DNA of 62,581 bases from Promethearchaeota archaeon (GCA_048939625.1 JBHLPH010000011.1:1-62581), one strand, 5' to 3'; shown: positions 47,545-57,958, counted from the first letter of the stretch. Translations and numbers: made by a program. The notes: generated by a model not told the origin, from the letters alone.

Positions 47545-49164
47545 TTGGCAATGATTGAAATCATCCACAAGGATTTACTTGCTCGAATAGCCAAGTTCCG
47601 AACAAAGAGTGGTCTAGTTGAAACGCCAACCTTTGTACCAGTTGTTCATCCAACGAAGGAACTAATACCTCCCAAGAAAATGTTCCATGACTTCAACTGC
47701 CAAATCATCATCACAAACGCGTATTTACTATCAAAATTGGGTAAAATTAAGAAAATCCATGACGTACTCGATTTTCCTGGGTCAATTATGACCGACTCAG
47801 GAGCATATCAACTCCTAGTATATGGGGATATTCAAATCACACCTGAAGAAGTAATTAAATTTCAAGAAGACATTGAAACCGATATTGCTGTAATCTTAGA
47901 TGTTCCGACGGGTGGCAAGGCCACGTTTGCCGAAGCTGAATACACCGTAGAAGAAACACTTCGTCGTGCCACCGCTTCAATATCTCAACGTCGAGACACT
48001 GATGTTCTATGGGTTGGTCCAATCCAAGGTGGAACCTACTTTAATTTAGTTGAGAAGTCAGCTCGAGCAATTAATGAGCTTGATTTTTCTCTTTACGCAA
48101 TAGGCAGCCCGACTCAGCTAATGGAACAATACGAGTTTAGCAAATTAGTCGATTTGGTGCTTACTGCAAAGAGCATTATTTCTACTGAAAAACCTGTTCA
48201 TTTATTCGGAGCTGGACATCCTTTGATTTTTCCCCTAATTGTAGCCATGGGTTGCGATATGTTTGATTCGGCTGCATATGCTCTTTTTGCAAGAAATGAT
48301 AGACTTCTTTCATCTGATGGAACCTATAGATTATCAGAACTTCAAGAGAACTTTTGTACGTGTCCCACCTGTTCTCAGTATTCTATTTCCGAAATGAAAC
48401 AACTTGAAAGAAAAAAGCGTGTTCAAGTACTGGCTGAGCACAACCTGTATATCTGCCAAAATGAGATTAAACGAATCAAAAACGCAATCAGAGAAGGGCG
48501 TCTTTGGCGACTGGTTGAAAGCAGACTCAGTAGTCATCCTGCTTTAGTTGATGCTATGAACAGATTACTAAATTATCAATCACTTATTGAACACTCTACA
48601 CCACTTACGAAACGAAGAGCCATCTATATTTCAAGCCAATGGTCGCTCTACCAACCAGAAATCATCAGACATTCAGAAAAAATCAAACAATACATCTTAC
48701 CTGAACCACAAAAAAATAAACTAATACTATTTTCTGCCTCTCAAAAAACCCCATATCACACAACAAAAGAATTCAAACAGTTCGAAAAAATAATAAAAGC
48801 CATAATACCCCACGCCCCAAACCTATTCGATACAATCTTCGTCTCTCCATTTTTTGGGCTGGTTCCACTCGAGATAACAAGTTATTATCCTCTTGCGCAG
48901 AATCTAACTCCGTCATCTCATCTATTCGACTTTAACCATCAAGTTTTCGATCAGCTAAACTCCTTTTTGATTAATAACTCCCAATATAATCAGATTTTTG
49001 GAATTTTCTCGGAAGAGGCAAATTGGAAATCTTTCCAACAAAGTAGCAAAAAATTACTCAAACTACAAAGGAAGAAATTTCACTTCTCTACCACTGATTT
49101 CAGCAAGAAATCTCTGAAACAAATTGTGTCGAAGATTGCCCTTGAATTAAAACGAGGTACATAA
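47545..49164 (+). CDS. tgtA: Archaeosine tRNA-guanine(15) transglycosylase
   Basis: ETPTFVPV, MTDSGAYQ, PIQGG, HLFGAGHP, DMFDSAAY, CTCPTC, AEHNL. Confidence 0.95.
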   Translation: MAMIEIIHKDLLARIAKFRTKSGLVETPTFVPVVHPTKELIPPKKMFHDFNCQIIITNAYLLSKLGKIKKIHDVLDFPGSIMTDSGAYQLLVYGDIQITPEEVIKFQEDIETDIAVILDVPTGGKATFAEAEYTVEETLRRATASISQRRDTDVLWVGPIQGGTYFNLVEKSARAINELDFSLYAIGSPTQLMEQYEFSKLVDLVLTAKSIISTEKPVHLFGAGHPLIFPLIVAMGCDMFDSAAYALFARNDRLLSSDGTYRLSELQENFCTCPTCSQYSISEMKQLERKKRVQVLAEHNLYICQNEIKRIKNAIREGRLWRLVESRLSSHPALVDAMNRLLNYQSLIEHSTPLTKRRAIYISSQWSLYQPEIIRHSEKIKQYILPEPQKNKLILFSASQKTPYHTTKEFKQFEKIIKAIIPHAPNLFDTIFVSPFFGLVPLEITSYYPLAQNLTPSSHLFDFNHQVFDQLNSFLINNSQYNQIFGIFSEEANWKSFQQSSKKLLKLQRKKFHFSTTDFSKKSLKQIVSKIALELKRGT

Positions 49165-49179
49165 AGTGATTTTAAAAAA

Positions 49180-49289
49180 TGGTGCCGCGTCGGGGATTTT
49201 CACCAGACGGAACAAAATCCCGAAAGGATTCGAACCCCGGTCCTAAGGTCGAGAGCCTCAGATGATTGACCTGGCTACACTAACGCGGC
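49180..49289 (-). tRNA. tRNA-Glu(CTC) with a 32-nt T-loop intron (49197-49228); CCA encoded
   Basis: Acceptor GCCGCGT/ACGCGGC, arm TGAGG-CTCTCGA-CCTTA; BHB TTCG-AA|T...TGAA-AA|T. Confidence 0.92.
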
Positions 49290-49432
49290 TATGACGAATG
49301 AGTTCAAATGTCGCTTTTTTAAACTTTCGACCACGGTGACATTAAAAAGGGTTAACACTTTCAAACCTACAAAATCCTAATAGCCTACCAAAAATATCGC
49401 CGTATCAATATGATTAGCTGGAGTGAATCTCT

Positions 49433-49642
49433 ATGGGTAAGGTTAGAACAGTCTTAGTAAAGAGGTTATCACGAGAACTTGTAGAAAGGTACTCAGATAG
49501 TTTTTCAACTGACTTTGATCAAAACAAAGAGGTTGTCGATGAACTGCTAACGAACACCACTAAACGGCTGCGCAATCGAATCGCGGGTTATGTAACACGT
49601 TTAATGATTCTTCGTCAAGATGAAGATGTTATTGTAGCTTAA
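49433..49642 (+). CDS. rps17e: 30S ribosomal protein eS17
   Basis: MGKVRTVLVKR...FSTDFDQNK...LRNRIAGYVT. Confidence 0.97.
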   Translation: MGKVRTVLVKRLSRELVERYSDSFSTDFDQNKEVVDELLTNTTKRLRNRIAGYVTRLMILRQDEDVIVA

Positions 49643-49697
49643 CTGACTTCTCACTTTTTGATAAGAAATGACCAAATAAAACGAACTTAATGGAGTA

Positions 49698-50564
49698 TTG
49701 TTTATGGGAGTTGTTATCGACACTCCACAACTACGAATGGAAATTAAGTTCGTTTCAGTTGAATCTCTTTATACACATGAAGAGACTATTCCTGCAGCAC
49801 TTGATCAACTTCAACAGGAACTCCTTGAGGAGCAGATTCTGAAGCATCCAATTATCGTTGATTTAAAAACAAACGTTGTTTTAGATGGTATGCATCGAGT
49901 TGCGGCTTTGAAAAATCTTCAATGCGAAATTGCCCCAGTCTGCCTAGTCAATTATCTGAATCCGGCTATTGAATTATATGCCTGGTACCGAGAATTTGAC
50001 GGTGATTCTTCATTTAAGAGCTTACTTAGTGAAGTTAGTTCTAAAGGGCGATATAAACAACTTCGGCGATCATCAAAACAAGCTTACGAAATTGTAAATG
50101 CACGAAAAGCTATGGCTGCGCTCGCCAGTGGAAAAAAAGCGTTTCTGTTAACACCCCTAAAATCACCCACTATCAAAGAAATCTATGACAAAATTGTTGA
50201 AATTGAAGTTATTGCCCAAAAAATGAGTTTTGAAACAGTCTACAGCACGGAAGCTGACGCCCTTGCAAGTCTTCAATCAGAAAAACACCCCGTACTAATT
50301 GTTCCTTCTCTAACAAAAGAAGAAGTAGTAGAAAGTGCCTTACAAAAAATATTGTTTGCTCATAAAACAACCCGTCATGTTGTTCCTGCAAGACCTTTGT
50401 TCACTAATGTTCCGCTTTCGTGGTTAAAAGAAAAAAATCTTGAAGAAGCAAACCAGAAACTGTTCGCTTACCTAAAATCTAAACGGATAATTAAGAAGGA
50501 ACCTGGTTCTGTTATCGACGGACGTCGATACGAAGAACATACTTACCTTTTCACAGATCCATGA
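49698..50564 (+). CDS. ParB/Srx-fold protein, SerK/SbnI-like serine kinase family
   Basis: THEE...HPIIVD...LDGMHR...APVCLVNY; C-terminal KEEVVESA...KTTRH. Confidence 0.7.
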   Translation: MFMGVVIDTPQLRMEIKFVSVESLYTHEETIPAALDQLQQELLEEQILKHPIIVDLKTNVVLDGMHRVAALKNLQCEIAPVCLVNYLNPAIELYAWYREFDGDSSFKSLLSEVSSKGRYKQLRRSSKQAYEIVNARKAMAALASGKKAFLLTPLKSPTIKEIYDKIVEIEVIAQKMSFETVYSTEADALASLQSEKHPVLIVPSLTKEEVVESALQKILFAHKTTRHVVPARPLFTNVPLSWLKEKNLEEANQKLFAYLKSKRIIKKEPGSVIDGRRYEEHTYLFTDP

Positions 50565-50694
50565 TTTCCAGCTCTATTCGCCCCAGCTTAGAGTTAGCAA
50601 TATTTGTCATTCAGGAAGTAAATACACGGTTTCATCTAGCAGTAGAAATGTTATGACCTTATGTACTATTTGCTACTGGAAATTTTGATAATCA

Positions 50695-51699
50695 ATGTCC
50701 ACTACGCAAATTTCTGGCTATGTCTCGAAACTCATTCAAGATTTAAGAACTCAAAATATCGACTTCGTCGTTTCTGAGGAAGCCCTCGGGTGCAATATCA
50801 CTGAGGTGTATGTAACTGAAGCCCATGAGCTACTCTTGTTTCTGAAGAACCAGTTAGATACAGAATCGATTCAATGGATTCTTCGAGTGAGGACCCCGCT
50901 TAAGATCCGAATTACAATCTTTTCGACAGATGTTGTGAAAGTAAAAATTCGATTACTAAATGCAATTAATCAACTAAGGAAAGATGGTTTGGATATTCCC
51001 AACACACAACAATCAATATCCATTCAGGAACTAACAAAAGAGAATATCCAACGATTTTCAGATTCATTAGTTAATTGGGCGAATCTCACTTCTAATGGAA
51101 GGTCACTCCCGCAAGTGCACTTCTCTCGAATCTCCTCAAAAACAGAAGAAGACTCCCTGAATTCAATAAGTCAAAAGCAAGAAGACCTACATATGCATCT
51201 TCGAAATGCAATCAAAACCTACTGGACTGAACGATACTTCGCAAGATACCTGAACTTACCTTCACAGAAAGTAAAGACACTGGCCAAACGAATTGGAATC
51301 CAACAAGAAGTATGTGGGCATGATATACTATACTTTTTCAATAGAAGTAAGGCACTAAAAACATATTTTGAACACATTACGAAGGCGGTCCTAGATGAAT
51401 TGAATCTTAAATACCAGGAAACCTCTACTCAAGATTTCTTCTTACCTGCTCTCAAACTTACACTTCACTTCTTTGATGGAGAAAAAGGGCAACTTAGAAT
51501 ATTAGCAGGCGAATACGCGCAAAATCGTGATCTAATTGTAATTGTTCCTGAAACCTTACACAGGAACATTGGGGTCACACAAGATGATTTCTTTCAAATT
51601 CTACCATTGGATCAAGATAAGCTAAAGAACGCTTTAATAAGGATAATTCGTCGAAGAATTGATTGTATTCCTGCGTATTCTTCAGGAATAATCAATTAG
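50695..51699 (+). CDS. Hypothetical protein
   Basis: 334-aa ORF; no family recognised. Confidence 0.6.
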   Translation: MSTTQISGYVSKLIQDLRTQNIDFVVSEEALGCNITEVYVTEAHELLLFLKNQLDTESIQWILRVRTPLKIRITIFSTDVVKVKIRLLNAINQLRKDGLDIPNTQQSISIQELTKENIQRFSDSLVNWANLTSNGRSLPQVHFSRISSKTEEDSLNSISQKQEDLHMHLRNAIKTYWTERYFARYLNLPSQKVKTLAKRIGIQQEVCGHDILYFFNRSKALKTYFEHITKAVLDELNLKYQETSTQDFFLPALKLTLHFFDGEKGQLRILAGEYAQNRDLIVIVPETLHRNIGVTQDDFFQILPLDQDKLKNALIRIIRRRIDCIPAYSSGIIN

Positions 51700-51779
51700 G
51701 AATAAGTGTATAGAATAACTCTGGACATAAAGTTTAAATCTCCTCTTCCTGAAGCCTAATCGCCCTGTGGGGATTAGCA

Positions 51780-52553
51780 ATGATAGAAATTATTTGGCTA
51801 AAAGAGGTTAAAGATCTACGAAATCCGATAGCGCTTGTTGGTATGCCAGGAATTGCTAGTGTTGGAAAATTAGCTATCGAAGTTCTTATTCGTACTCTTA
51901 ACGCAGAACCAGTAATACAAGTTCTTTCTGATGACTTTCCGCCCCATGTCATGATTGATGAAGATGGCATGATGAAAATTCCTGAGTGTCAAATCTATCT
52001 TCATAAAGACAAATCATTGAAACATGATGTTCTTCTCGTATCCGGTGACTTTCAACCCTCAACCTCCCAGGGAATCTATGAGTTCTCTAATCGAATTGCT
52101 GAAACATTCAAGAAGTTAAATGTCAGCAAAGTCGCCGCAACAGGGGCTTATGTGCCTGGAGAATACCCCGAATCTCCCAAAGTATTTGTCTCGTCAACTG
52201 GACAAAAATTCCAATCTTACTTCACTGAGCTAGATTATGTTGAACCAATGGCTGACGGAGTTATTAATGGGGCAAATGGTGTAATTCCAGCATGGGCTCA
52301 TCTAAAGTATGGCATAGAAGGAGTCTGTCTGCTAGCTGAGACTGTTCCTTTACTTCGTTTAGATCCTCGCGCATCAAAATTAATTGTTGAAGTTCTTAAT
52401 GACCGATTTGGTATCAAGGCTGATGTTTCTGAATTAGAACAGAAAATCGATGAAATGAAAGGCATTTTTGCTCAAGTGAAATATCACCTGCTTCAGCAAC
52501 GTGAAAGACAAGAACCTCGAGATGAATCCGAGAGTGCTAGTTACATTGGCTAG
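51780..52553 (+). CDS. PAC2-family proteasome assembly chaperone
   Basis: GMPGIASVGKLA, FPPHV, GDFQP, INGANG, CLLAET, DPRAS; terminal SYIG. Confidence 0.92.
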   Translation: MIEIIWLKEVKDLRNPIALVGMPGIASVGKLAIEVLIRTLNAEPVIQVLSDDFPPHVMIDEDGMMKIPECQIYLHKDKSLKHDVLLVSGDFQPSTSQGIYEFSNRIAETFKKLNVSKVAATGAYVPGEYPESPKVFVSSTGQKFQSYFTELDYVEPMADGVINGANGVIPAWAHLKYGIEGVCLLAETVPLLRLDPRASKLIVEVLNDRFGIKADVSELEQKIDEMKGIFAQVKYHLLQQRERQEPRDESESASYIG

Positions 52554-52584
52554 CACCTGTGAATCAGTAAATTGAGGGCTAATT

Positions 52585-53190
52585 ATGGGCTGGAAATCGG
52601 GAATCTCGAAAGTATTGCTTACCATAATCGGAATAACAGTTGTTTTACTCGTCATTGATTTTGCGCTTTTTCAATCACAAAACACAATAGCACTAGTAAC
52701 AGCAATCCAAACAGCGTTTGCAATAAATCCACTAATCAGTTATGGAATCGTTGGTCTCATTGTTTCTATTGCTATCCTCATTACTGGACTCCTTTATTAC
52801 AGACGACGGCTTTTCATTCGTAATCTTAAGAATGAACTAAAGGATGCCGAAAGAATACCTCTCATTGACCTAGCTCAAAAACTAGATGAGACACCTGCTA
52901 AAGTTGAAGTAGAACTAAATAGGATGGCAAGATCAAAGGTAACAAAATTCCAGGGAATGCTCATAATCTCTCAAGGTAAACATGTCTATATGGGAGAAAA
53001 ACTACTAAACAAAATAATCGAATCGTATAATGAGGGTCAACCCCGCGGAGAAATTGCTAATTCAAATCAAATCAGTAGAGCAGAACTTGACAAGACCATT
53101 GAACTTCTCATTGAAGAAGGAAGAATCGAAGAACGCGAAGAAAAGGTCACACGAAAAGTACGACCTAGCTATCGACGTGGGACGAAATGA
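52585..53190 (+). CDS. Two-TM-anchored protein with PCI/winged-helix-like cytoplasmic domains
   Basis: Two TM helices, then ERIPLIDLAQKLDETPAKVEVELNRM and EIANSNQISRAELDKTIELLIEEGRI. Confidence 0.6.
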   Translation: MGWKSGISKVLLTIIGITVVLLVIDFALFQSQNTIALVTAIQTAFAINPLISYGIVGLIVSIAILITGLLYYRRRLFIRNLKNELKDAERIPLIDLAQKLDETPAKVEVELNRMARSKVTKFQGMLIISQGKHVYMGEKLLNKIIESYNEGQPRGEIANSNQISRAELDKTIELLIEEGRIEEREEKVTRKVRPSYRRGTK

Positions 53191-53218
53191 CCCTTTGTTA
53201 ATGAAGAAGGGAATTTAG

Positions 53219-54055
53219 ATGAAGAAATGGAAGTCAGCTAATCGTCCTGAGACAGCTGATAAAATGCAATATCACATTGGGTTGAAACCTCATGATATTG
53301 CCCCCTTTGTACTATTACCTGGCGATCCCACACGTGCAAAACTCATTTCCGAGCTCTGGGATGCAGCAAGTCAAGTGGGGAAAAAAAGAACCTATCTAAC
53401 CTTTACTGGTTCCTACAAAGAAGTTCCGATTACCACCACATCGACGGGTATTGGCTGTCCAGCTACTGCAATTGCTATTGAGGAACTAGCTGCAATTGGC
53501 GCAAAAACTCTGATTCGAGTGGGGAGTTCAGGAGCAATTCAAAAGCAGATAAAGTGTGGCGATTTAATAATTTCAACTGGGGCTGTTAGATATGATGGTA
53601 CATCTTCACAATATGTAGTACCCCAGTATCCTGCATTTGCCAATCACCAAGTGATCTTGGCACTAATCGAAGCGGCTGAAGGTCTTGGATACAGATATCA
53701 TGTTGGACTCACATGTTCAACAGATAGTTTCTATACAGGACAAGGACGCCCTGGATTTCAAAATTATTGGCAATCCTTTATGGATGACATCATCCCCGAT
53801 TTGAAAGCAGCACGTGTTCTAAACTTTGAAATGGAATCCTCAATCCTATTTACCCTCTCAAACCTTTTTGGATTAAGAAGTGGGACGATTTGTACAGTCT
53901 TTGCCAATAGGGAGACTGATGAATTCGCTACTATTGGTGAAAGAGAAGCCAGTCAAACAGCCTGTGAAGCCATCAAAATTCTCGCCGAATGGGATGAAAA
54001 AATGGCAATGGGAAAGGCACAAAACTGGTATCCCGGTCTACTTTCAAAAGATTAA
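53219..54055 (+). CDS. udp: Uridine phosphorylase
   Basis: QYHIGL, LPGDPTR, STGIGCP, IRVGSSG, DSFYTGQ, NFEME. Confidence 0.93.
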   Translation: MKKWKSANRPETADKMQYHIGLKPHDIAPFVLLPGDPTRAKLISELWDAASQVGKKRTYLTFTGSYKEVPITTTSTGIGCPATAIAIEELAAIGAKTLIRVGSSGAIQKQIKCGDLIISTGAVRYDGTSSQYVVPQYPAFANHQVILALIEAAEGLGYRYHVGLTCSTDSFYTGQGRPGFQNYWQSFMDDIIPDLKAARVLNFEMESSILFTLSNLFGLRSGTICTVFANRETDEFATIGEREASQTACEAIKILAEWDEKMAMGKAQNWYPGLLSKD

Positions 54056-54060
54056 TGGAA

Positions 54061-54185
54061 TGGTAGCCCGGCGCGGATTCGAACCGCGGTCCCGGGGTGA
54101 CTTCACTGTTCTTATAAGTCACAGTTCCAAAGCCCCGGATGATTGACCATTTTGCATCCCTGATTGGGTGCTACACTACCGGGCT
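54061..54185 (-). tRNA. tRNA-Gln(TTG) with two introns: D-loop 54151-54169 (19 nt) and canonical 37/38 54099-54126 (28 nt); CCA encoded
   Basis: Acceptor AGCCCGG/CCGGGCT. Intron motifs TGTA-GC|A...TGCA-AA|A and CTTT-GG|A...GAAG-TC|A give the mature loop CTTTGGA. Confidence 0.9.
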
Positions 54186-54251
54186 AAACTACCTTGACGG
54201 CGATTCATTTCGTTCGTAGTTCTTGAGTCTTTCGGCTTGAGAGAATTGCTG

Positions 54252-56066
54252 TTATTCTGATATTTCTTCTCGAAGGCTTAAGAGAATCCGATCCATCCGA
54301 CTTACTGATTTATCTCGCCGTTTTTGCAAATCCTTTTGTAATTTCCGATACACGGAAGCTGTGATGCGCTTCTGTCGATATCTTTGTTCTAGGGCATGAA
54401 GAGCTTCAATTGAACTTACACGTTCAGCTTCTAAAAGTTCAAGTTGACGAACGCTTGACTCGTATTTTCCACCTGCCTCAATCAATGGTTGACTTCTTCC
54501 CGTTAGGTCCCTATCAAGGGTTCGCAACTTCCTTTCGAAATTCTTCTTCTCCTTTCGATATCTGGGCTTAGAGATTTTACCCTGAAGCATAGTTTGTTCT
54601 AAACGTTCGGTCTGGAGCAAGAGAGCAATTTTCTCTCCATATAATGCGCAGAATTCACTTAGAATTGCTGGATCTACATCTGCAACGACTGCACTGATTT
54701 CCTCTTCTTCACGGAAGTAGGAAATTCGCCTAACTGCGATATAACCTAAGCAGAAAAGGGCAACAATTAGAAAGAGAAGTAGGGGTCGAGCTAATGCTGG
54801 GGAAACTGGATATACATAGAATAATTGAGCTTGATTATTTGTAATCGAGGTGACATTTGAAGATGTAATTAAAATCAGATATTGACCAGTCGGGGCAATA
54901 GTTACTTGCGCTCCAAGAGGAATATCTTGAAGCCAACTTCCAACCGGAAGCAAGATTTCAGTTACCTGTTTTTCAATCCTAAAGGGGTATTCAAGATGTA
55001 ATTGTAGATTGAGAAACAATCCTGTTTGCAATATAATCTGGCGTTGATCGAGGGGAATTCGGTAATCAAGATGAATTGTGTAAATATCATCTTCTTGTAA
55101 ATGGTATTGAAATGAAACATAAATCACTCCAGGATGGGTTGCATTGGCAGGTCTTCCAATTATACTGGATAAGTTCGCTACCGGATCATAAGTTCGGAGG
55201 AATTCACTTCCGGGTGGTAATGTTAGAGTAATGTTAGTCCATCTCTGTTCGGAATTTGAGAAATCAGGATTTGGGCTATCGACACGGAGAGAATGAACCT
55301 CGTGAACCTGAAGGTAACCCCATGGATCAACTGTTAGTGACCTGTGAAGTTCTACATAGGTAACTAAGGGTAGGAAATCGTTGGGCATAAAGTCCAGAAC
55401 GACCGTCCTTTCAATATATGAAAATGAATGAACATTATCTCCTGACCAGAATTCCTGCGTTGCTGCTGTTAATGCATAATGGTAGGTTAGTGTGGTTTCA
55501 TACTCCTGAATGAAATAAGGACTAGTTGGTACAATTGAAAACACCAAAGTCGCGGTCGCGGAATTCTGTGAAGTTAATCCTTCAACTGCCATTTGAATAA
55601 CATACGTCATGTCTTGATATGGCATAATTGGTTCAGGGAGAAATATTTCCCATCCTGAACTATTTGTACCTAGAAGCGGAACACGTTGATAATGAAGTTC
55701 TGTACCATTTACCGTTTCTGCCCGAAACTCCTTAACCTCATCTACCTTTGTAAGAGGGTATGCCGTAAACACAGAAAATGCAGGTTCAGGTCCCGGGTTA
55801 TAGACCGTGATAGTATCGGTGAAGAGAACCATGCCGTATTCTTCGAAATGGGCGTTTCTTTGAACATCTGTGATAACTAGCTGTGGATTGTCACCTGTGA
55901 CTGGTGGCCCAAATGCAAAGACCATTGGTAAACACATTATCACAAGTAACAGCACTGCTCTAGTCTTCACGAAAACACACACCGATATCAGGTTTCGATT
56001 TGTCGATTCCTTTAACGTATTTAAGCATTCTCTTATCAACAATAAAAAAAGAAAGTGCAACCACAA
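54252..56066 (-). CDS. Ribophorin I (Ost1/RPN1)-like protein; probable start GTG 55970
   Basis: Signal peptide MKTRAVLLLV, ITDVQRNAHF and LHRSLTVDPWG beta modules, single TM, C-terminal helical domain. Confidence 0.75.
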   Translation of the reverse strand: MWLHFLFLLLIRECLNTLKESTNRNLISVCVFVKTRAVLLLVIMCLPMVFAFGPPVTGDNPQLVITDVQRNAHFEEYGMVLFTDTITVYNPGPEPAFSVFTAYPLTKVDEVKEFRAETVNGTELHYQRVPLLGTNSSGWEIFLPEPIMPYQDMTYVIQMAVEGLTSQNSATATLVFSIVPTSPYFIQEYETTLTYHYALTAATQEFWSGDNVHSFSYIERTVVLDFMPNDFLPLVTYVELHRSLTVDPWGYLQVHEVHSLRVDSPNPDFSNSEQRWTNITLTLPPGSEFLRTYDPVANLSSIIGRPANATHPGVIYVSFQYHLQEDDIYTIHLDYRIPLDQRQIILQTGLFLNLQLHLEYPFRIEKQVTEILLPVGSWLQDIPLGAQVTIAPTGQYLILITSSNVTSITNNQAQLFYVYPVSPALARPLLLFLIVALFCLGYIAVRRISYFREEEEISAVVADVDPAILSEFCALYGEKIALLLQTERLEQTMLQGKISKPRYRKEKKNFERKLRTLDRDLTGRSQPLIEAGGKYESSVRQLELLEAERVSSIEALHALEQRYRQKRITASVYRKLQKDLQKRRDKSVSRMDRILLSLREEISE

Positions 56067-56125
56067 AATGGCTCTCTGAATTCAGATATTGGGCACCATG
56101 ACTCGAGATTATTATCAAAAGAAGC

Positions 56126-56893
56126 CTATTCCAAGGGCTTCTTCCAAGATTTTGGGACAGTATCCTTCTTTCTAGCTGGAATTCCAAAAACAATGGATTT
56201 AGGGGGCACATCCTTTGTTACTACTGCTCCCGCTCCAATGACTGCTTCAGCTCCGATTTCAATATTAGGCATAATTACCGCCCCGGCCCCGATACTTGCC
56301 CCCTCACGAATAATCGGTCCCTTTAGCTCAATCGGAAATCGCATTACATACTTATCATTGGTGAGAATGCAATTAGGTCCAAGAAAAACATGATCTTCAA
56401 TTTGTGTGTTCCATGGGATGTATGCATTTGACTGGATTGATACTTTCTCTCCTATGGTGGTCTTTCCATCAATAATCACTCCTGTGCCAACCAATGAATC
56501 ATTCCCAACGATAACCTGTTCCCGAATCAATACATTATGGCCTGTACGCACATTACGGCCTAATTGGGCACCTGCATAAATTACAGAGCCTGATCGAATA
56601 ATACACTTATCGCCGATCTTTGTCGCCTTTAACCCGTTCCTAAGCGCATTCACTTTGCCCTGCTGAAATTCTATAATAGCTTGTTGTTCTGGGAAACCTA
56701 GAGTGGTATTTTCCCCGAAGAAAACGTTGTTTCCGATTGTAGCTGGACCCTGAATGAAGCAGTTCGGTCCAAAATAGCATCGCGAACCGCTATCCACTTT
56801 TCCTCTTATGTTCACGAATGCTTCCACTATGGATTCAGGTCCGAGACTAGCTGTTTTTTCTACAATTGCAGAAGGATGGATTTTTTTGATCAA
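56126..56893 (-). CDS. Hexapeptide-repeat N-acetyltransferase (WbpD-like)
   Basis: IHPSAIV, IEDHVFLGPNCILTND, GASIGAGA, GAGAVVTKDVP. Confidence 0.9.
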   Translation of the reverse strand: MIKKIHPSAIVEKTASLGPESIVEAFVNIRGKVDSGSRCYFGPNCFIQGPATIGNNVFFGENTTLGFPEQQAIIEFQQGKVNALRNGLKATKIGDKCIIRSGSVIYAGAQLGRNVRTGHNVLIREQVIVGNDSLVGTGVIIDGKTTIGEKVSIQSNAYIPWNTQIEDHVFLGPNCILTNDKYVMRFPIELKGPIIREGASIGAGAVIMPNIEIGAEAVIGAGAVVTKDVPPKSIVFGIPARKKDTVPKSWKKPLE

Positions 56894-57861
56894 GTCGGCC
56901 TATACTCCTCAAGATGGATCAGTCGTTTACTTCTAGCACTTTCGAGTGCAGCTTCAGCAATCCTAAGGGCTTCCAGCCCATCAATACCAGAAGTGAGAGG
57001 GGCTTTCTTTTCTAAAACACATTTCACGAAATGGCTAAGCTCCCGTTTTAGTGGTTCATCCCAAGGCGCGGTTGATTTTTGTTCCCATTGGCTTGTACCA
57101 ATTTTAACCTCCTGTGAGATGTAATCTAAAGAAATCACGCCTTCTGATCCTGTGATGTTCAACCCTCGAAGTTTGTATGGGGTCAGCCAATTACACTCAA
57201 TAAAGAAAGTTGGTTTATCATCAAAACGAATTACTATGTTCGCATGATCCTCATATTTATGGTAAAGTTTTCCTGCAATTGCATAAACCGATGTCGCATC
57301 TTGTTTAACTAAGAAACGGGCGATATCAATGTCGTGTATCGCCATATCTTTGATAATCCCTATATCTGCCACCCGACCCGGAACAAAAGGTCCCAATCGT
57401 CGGGCAGATCCGAGAACTAGTTCTCCAATTTTGGCTTGGTCAATTAATTCAACTGCAGTACTAACGGATGGATTAAATCGTTCCACGAAACCAACCATCA
57501 GGAGTACCTTCGATTTTTTCGCTGCATCAATTAGGCGTTGAGCTTGTTGAACCGTATCTGTCATTGGTTTTTCAATCAAAAGATGCTTGCCCGCAGAAAT
57601 GACTTCCAAGGCTAGATCGGCGTGTGTTGTCGTGGGAGTGCATATTGTTACAGCATCGATATCTTTGTGTTTTAACAAGTCCTCAGTTTGATTGTAATAA
57701 GTTGCATTGAACTTTTTTGCTAACGGTTTTGCACGCGTACTATCTCTATCTGCAATCGCAATCAAAGAGGCCTCTTCAAGTTCAGAGAAGACTCGGACGT
57801 GATTTTTACCCCATGCTCCTACGCCGATTACTCCGATTCCAAGGGGTTTCATGATATCCAC
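56890..57861 (-). CDS. Gfo/Idh/MocA oxidoreductase (WbpB-like)
   Basis: GVGAWGKNH, EKP, GFVERFNP, DMAIHDID. Confidence 0.92.
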   Translation of the reverse strand: MDIMKPLGIGVIGVGAWGKNHVRVFSELEEASLIAIADRDSTRAKPLAKKFNATYYNQTEDLLKHKDIDAVTICTPTTTHADLALEVISAGKHLLIEKPMTDTVQQAQRLIDAAKKSKVLLMVGFVERFNPSVSTAVELIDQAKIGELVLGSARRLGPFVPGRVADIGIIKDMAIHDIDIARFLVKQDATSVYAIAGKLYHKYEDHANIVIRFDDKPTFFIECNWLTPYKLRGLNITGSEGVISLDYISQEVKIGTSQWEQKSTAPWDEPLKRELSHFVKCVLEKKAPLTSGIDGLEALRIAEAALESARSKRLIHLEEYRPT

Positions 57862-57958
57862 TAATCGCTAGAGATTCGAATATTCCCTAAAAAGTTACCG
57901 ATGTTACGTTTAAACCAGTTTATTCGAAACGATAATTTAGGAGAATTCCAAAAGGAAC

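Noticed and set aside
51757-51778. Short hairpin before the PAC2 start
   Set aside because: Modest stem with no supporting feature; could be chance.
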